A stretch of 64,000 nucleotides of DNA. Origin: Isurus oxyrinchus (taxonomy: Eukaryota). The stretch covers positions 27,032,001-27,096,000 of the forward strand of contig JANJGN010000009.1 of the NCBI GenBank assembly GCA_026770705.1, read 5' to 3'. Under the pieces are notes generated by a model, which saw only the letters and a program-made list of their open reading frames with translations, ran no database searches and had not been told where the DNA came from. Below, piece after piece: positions 61,838-64,000 of the stretch (the stretch's first letter is position 1; each line of letters starts with the position of its first letter). Position numbers and translations under genes: made by a program.

Positions 61838-64000
61838 TAAGACATAGGAGCAGAAGTAGGCCATTCAGCCCATTGAGTCTGCTCTGGCATTCAGTGAGAT
61901 CATGGCTGATCTGATAATCCTCAACTCCACTTTCCTGCCTTTTCTCCAAAACCCTTGATTCCCTTACTGATTTAAAAATGTCCGTCTCCACCTTGAATAT
62001 GCTCAATGACCAGCCCTCTGCAGTAAAGAATTCCACAGATTCACTACCCTCAGAAGAAATTCCTCCACATCTCGGTCTTAAATGGGTCAATCCTTACTCT
62101 GTGATTATGCCTTCTGGTCCTAGACTCTCCTAGTAAGGGAAACAACCTCTCAACATCTATCCTGCTAAGCTCCCCTAAGAATCTTATGTTTCAATAAGGT
62201 TGCCTCTCATTCTTCAAAACTCCAATGAGTACAAGCCCAACCTCTCCTCATAAGAAAATCCCTCCATACCTGGGATCAACCTAGTGAACCTTCTCTGGCT
62301 TGCCTCCAATGCCAGAAATCTTTCCTTAGATAAGAGGTCCAAAACTGTTCACAGTATTCTAGGTGTGGTCTAACTAATGCCTTGTATAGTTTTAGCAAGA
62401 CTTCTGTTTGAAATAAAGGCCAACATTCCTTTTGTCTTTTCTATTACCTGCTTGTATGTTAGCTTTTGCGGATTCATGCATGGGGATTCTCAAATCCTCT
62501 GTGCATCAGCTTTCTGCAGTCTTTATCCATTTAAATAATATTCAGCTGGACTCGAACTCAAGTTCTGTCGAAGGGTCATGAGGACTCGAAACGTCAACTC
62601 TTTTCTTCTCCGCCGATGCTGCCAGACCTGCTGAGTTTTTCCAGGTAATTCTGTTTTTGTTTTGGATTTCCAGCATCCGCAGTTTTTTTGTTTTATCCTC
62701 TATTCTTCCTGCCAAAATGCATAACCTCACATTTCCCACATTCCATCTGCCAAGTTTATGACTACTCACTCAACATGTCTATATCCCTCTGTAGACTGTC
62801 ATTCCCACCACTTGCCTTCCTGGCTATTTACGTCATCTGAAAACTTGGTGATAGTACATTCACTTCCCTCATCTAAGTATTAATATATATTATAAATAAT
62901 TGTGGCCCCAGCACTGATCCCTGTGGCACTCCACTAGTTACATGTTGCCATCCTGAAAATTGCCCCCTAATCCCAACCCTGTCTTCTATTAGTTAACCAA
63001 TTCTCTCTCCATGCTAATATACTATCCCCAACACCACGGGCTCTTAGCTTATCAAATAGCCTTATGTGCAGTACCTTATTAAATGCCTTTTGGAAATCTA
63101 AATATATTACATCTACTGGTTCACATTTTATCTATCCTGCTTGTTACCACTTCAAAGAGTTCTAATAAATTTGTCAGGCATGATTTCCCCTTCATGAAGC
63201 CATGCTGACTCTACTTGATTAGATTATGCACTTCTAAATGCTCTGCTAATACATCCTTTAAAATAGACTCTAACATTTTCCCAATGATGAATGTTAAGCC
63301 AACTGGCCTGTAGTTCTGTTTTTCTCTCTCCCTTTTTGAATAAGGGTGTTACATTGGCAGTTTTCCAATCTTGGACTTTTCCAGAATCTAAGGATACTTG
63401 GAAGATTACCAGATTATCCATTATTTGTGCAGCTATTTCCTTTAATATCCTAGGATGCAACCCATTAGGTCCAAGGAACTTATCAGCCTTTAGCCCCATT
63501 AGTTTCCCTAGTACCTTTTTTCTCTGGTGATTGTTATTGTATTTATTCCCCCCCCCCCCCACCCCCCAACCTGTTCTCTTTCCCCTTTGATTATTTAGTG
63601 TTTTTGGAATGCTATTAGTGTCTTCGACTGTGAAGACTGATGCAAAGTATTTATTCAACTCCTCTACCATTTCCTGGTTCCCCATTATTATTTCCCCAGC
63701 TTTATTCCCTAAGGAGCCTATGTTCCTTTTTATATATTTAAAAAAGCTCTTACTGTCCATTTTTATATTACCTGCTGGTTTATCCTCCAAGATTATTTTC
63801 TCCCTCTTAATTATTTTTTGATCATCTTTTGTTGGTTCTTAAAACTTTCCCAATCATCTGGCTTACCACTAATCTTTGCGACACTGTATGATTTTTGCTT
63901 TCAATTTGATACTATCCTTAACTTGATTAACCATGGTTGGTTTACCCTCCTTTTCACAGGGATATATCTTCGTTGTGAGTCATGAACTATTTTCAACGTC
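61838..64000 (-). mobile_element. CR1 LINE (linker, RT, 3' end), runs off the window
   Basis: ELNKYFASVFT...GPNGLHPRILKE...DWKTANVTPLFKKG; 3' UTR at 61838. Confidence 0.93.
62548..62696 (+). mobile_element. Young solo Penelope terminal fragment with hammerhead motif and tail, inserted in CR1
   Basis: agtt-CTGTCGA-A-gggtc-atgag-gactc-GAAA-cg-TC-aact; interrupts ttcagct|cctctattcttcc with no clear TSD. Confidence 0.88.

Overview
This is repeat-dense eukaryotic DNA, most likely intronic or intergenic. The repeat families (CR1/HER1-like LINEs, tRNA-derived SINEs, Penelope-like elements, GGGC-TIR MITEs) point to a cartilaginous fish, probably a shark; that is inferred from recalled repeat sequences, not a database search. 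No complete host gene is visible. Most ORFs in the track are decayed retroelement pieces or chance ORFs. Two short candidate + strand exons (15005/15034-15054 and 46426-46483) join in frame. Main points: (1) Two Penelope-like (GIY-YIG) lineages carry minimal hammerhead-ribozyme motifs. One has a non-canonical CUGUYGA-A core in its youngest copies and twice appears as tail-out inverted pairs inside a target-site duplication, with one tailed and one tailless arm. (2) A complex rearrangement at 41.3-46.8 kb includes a 987-bp, ~99% identical inverted duplication carrying an antisense copy of a candidate exon, plus a 227-bp templated insertion. (3) Vingi-like and possibly CRE-like retrotransposon fossils are present. 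There is a 208-N assembly gap at 53073-53280. Boundaries of decayed repeats are by-eye estimates.
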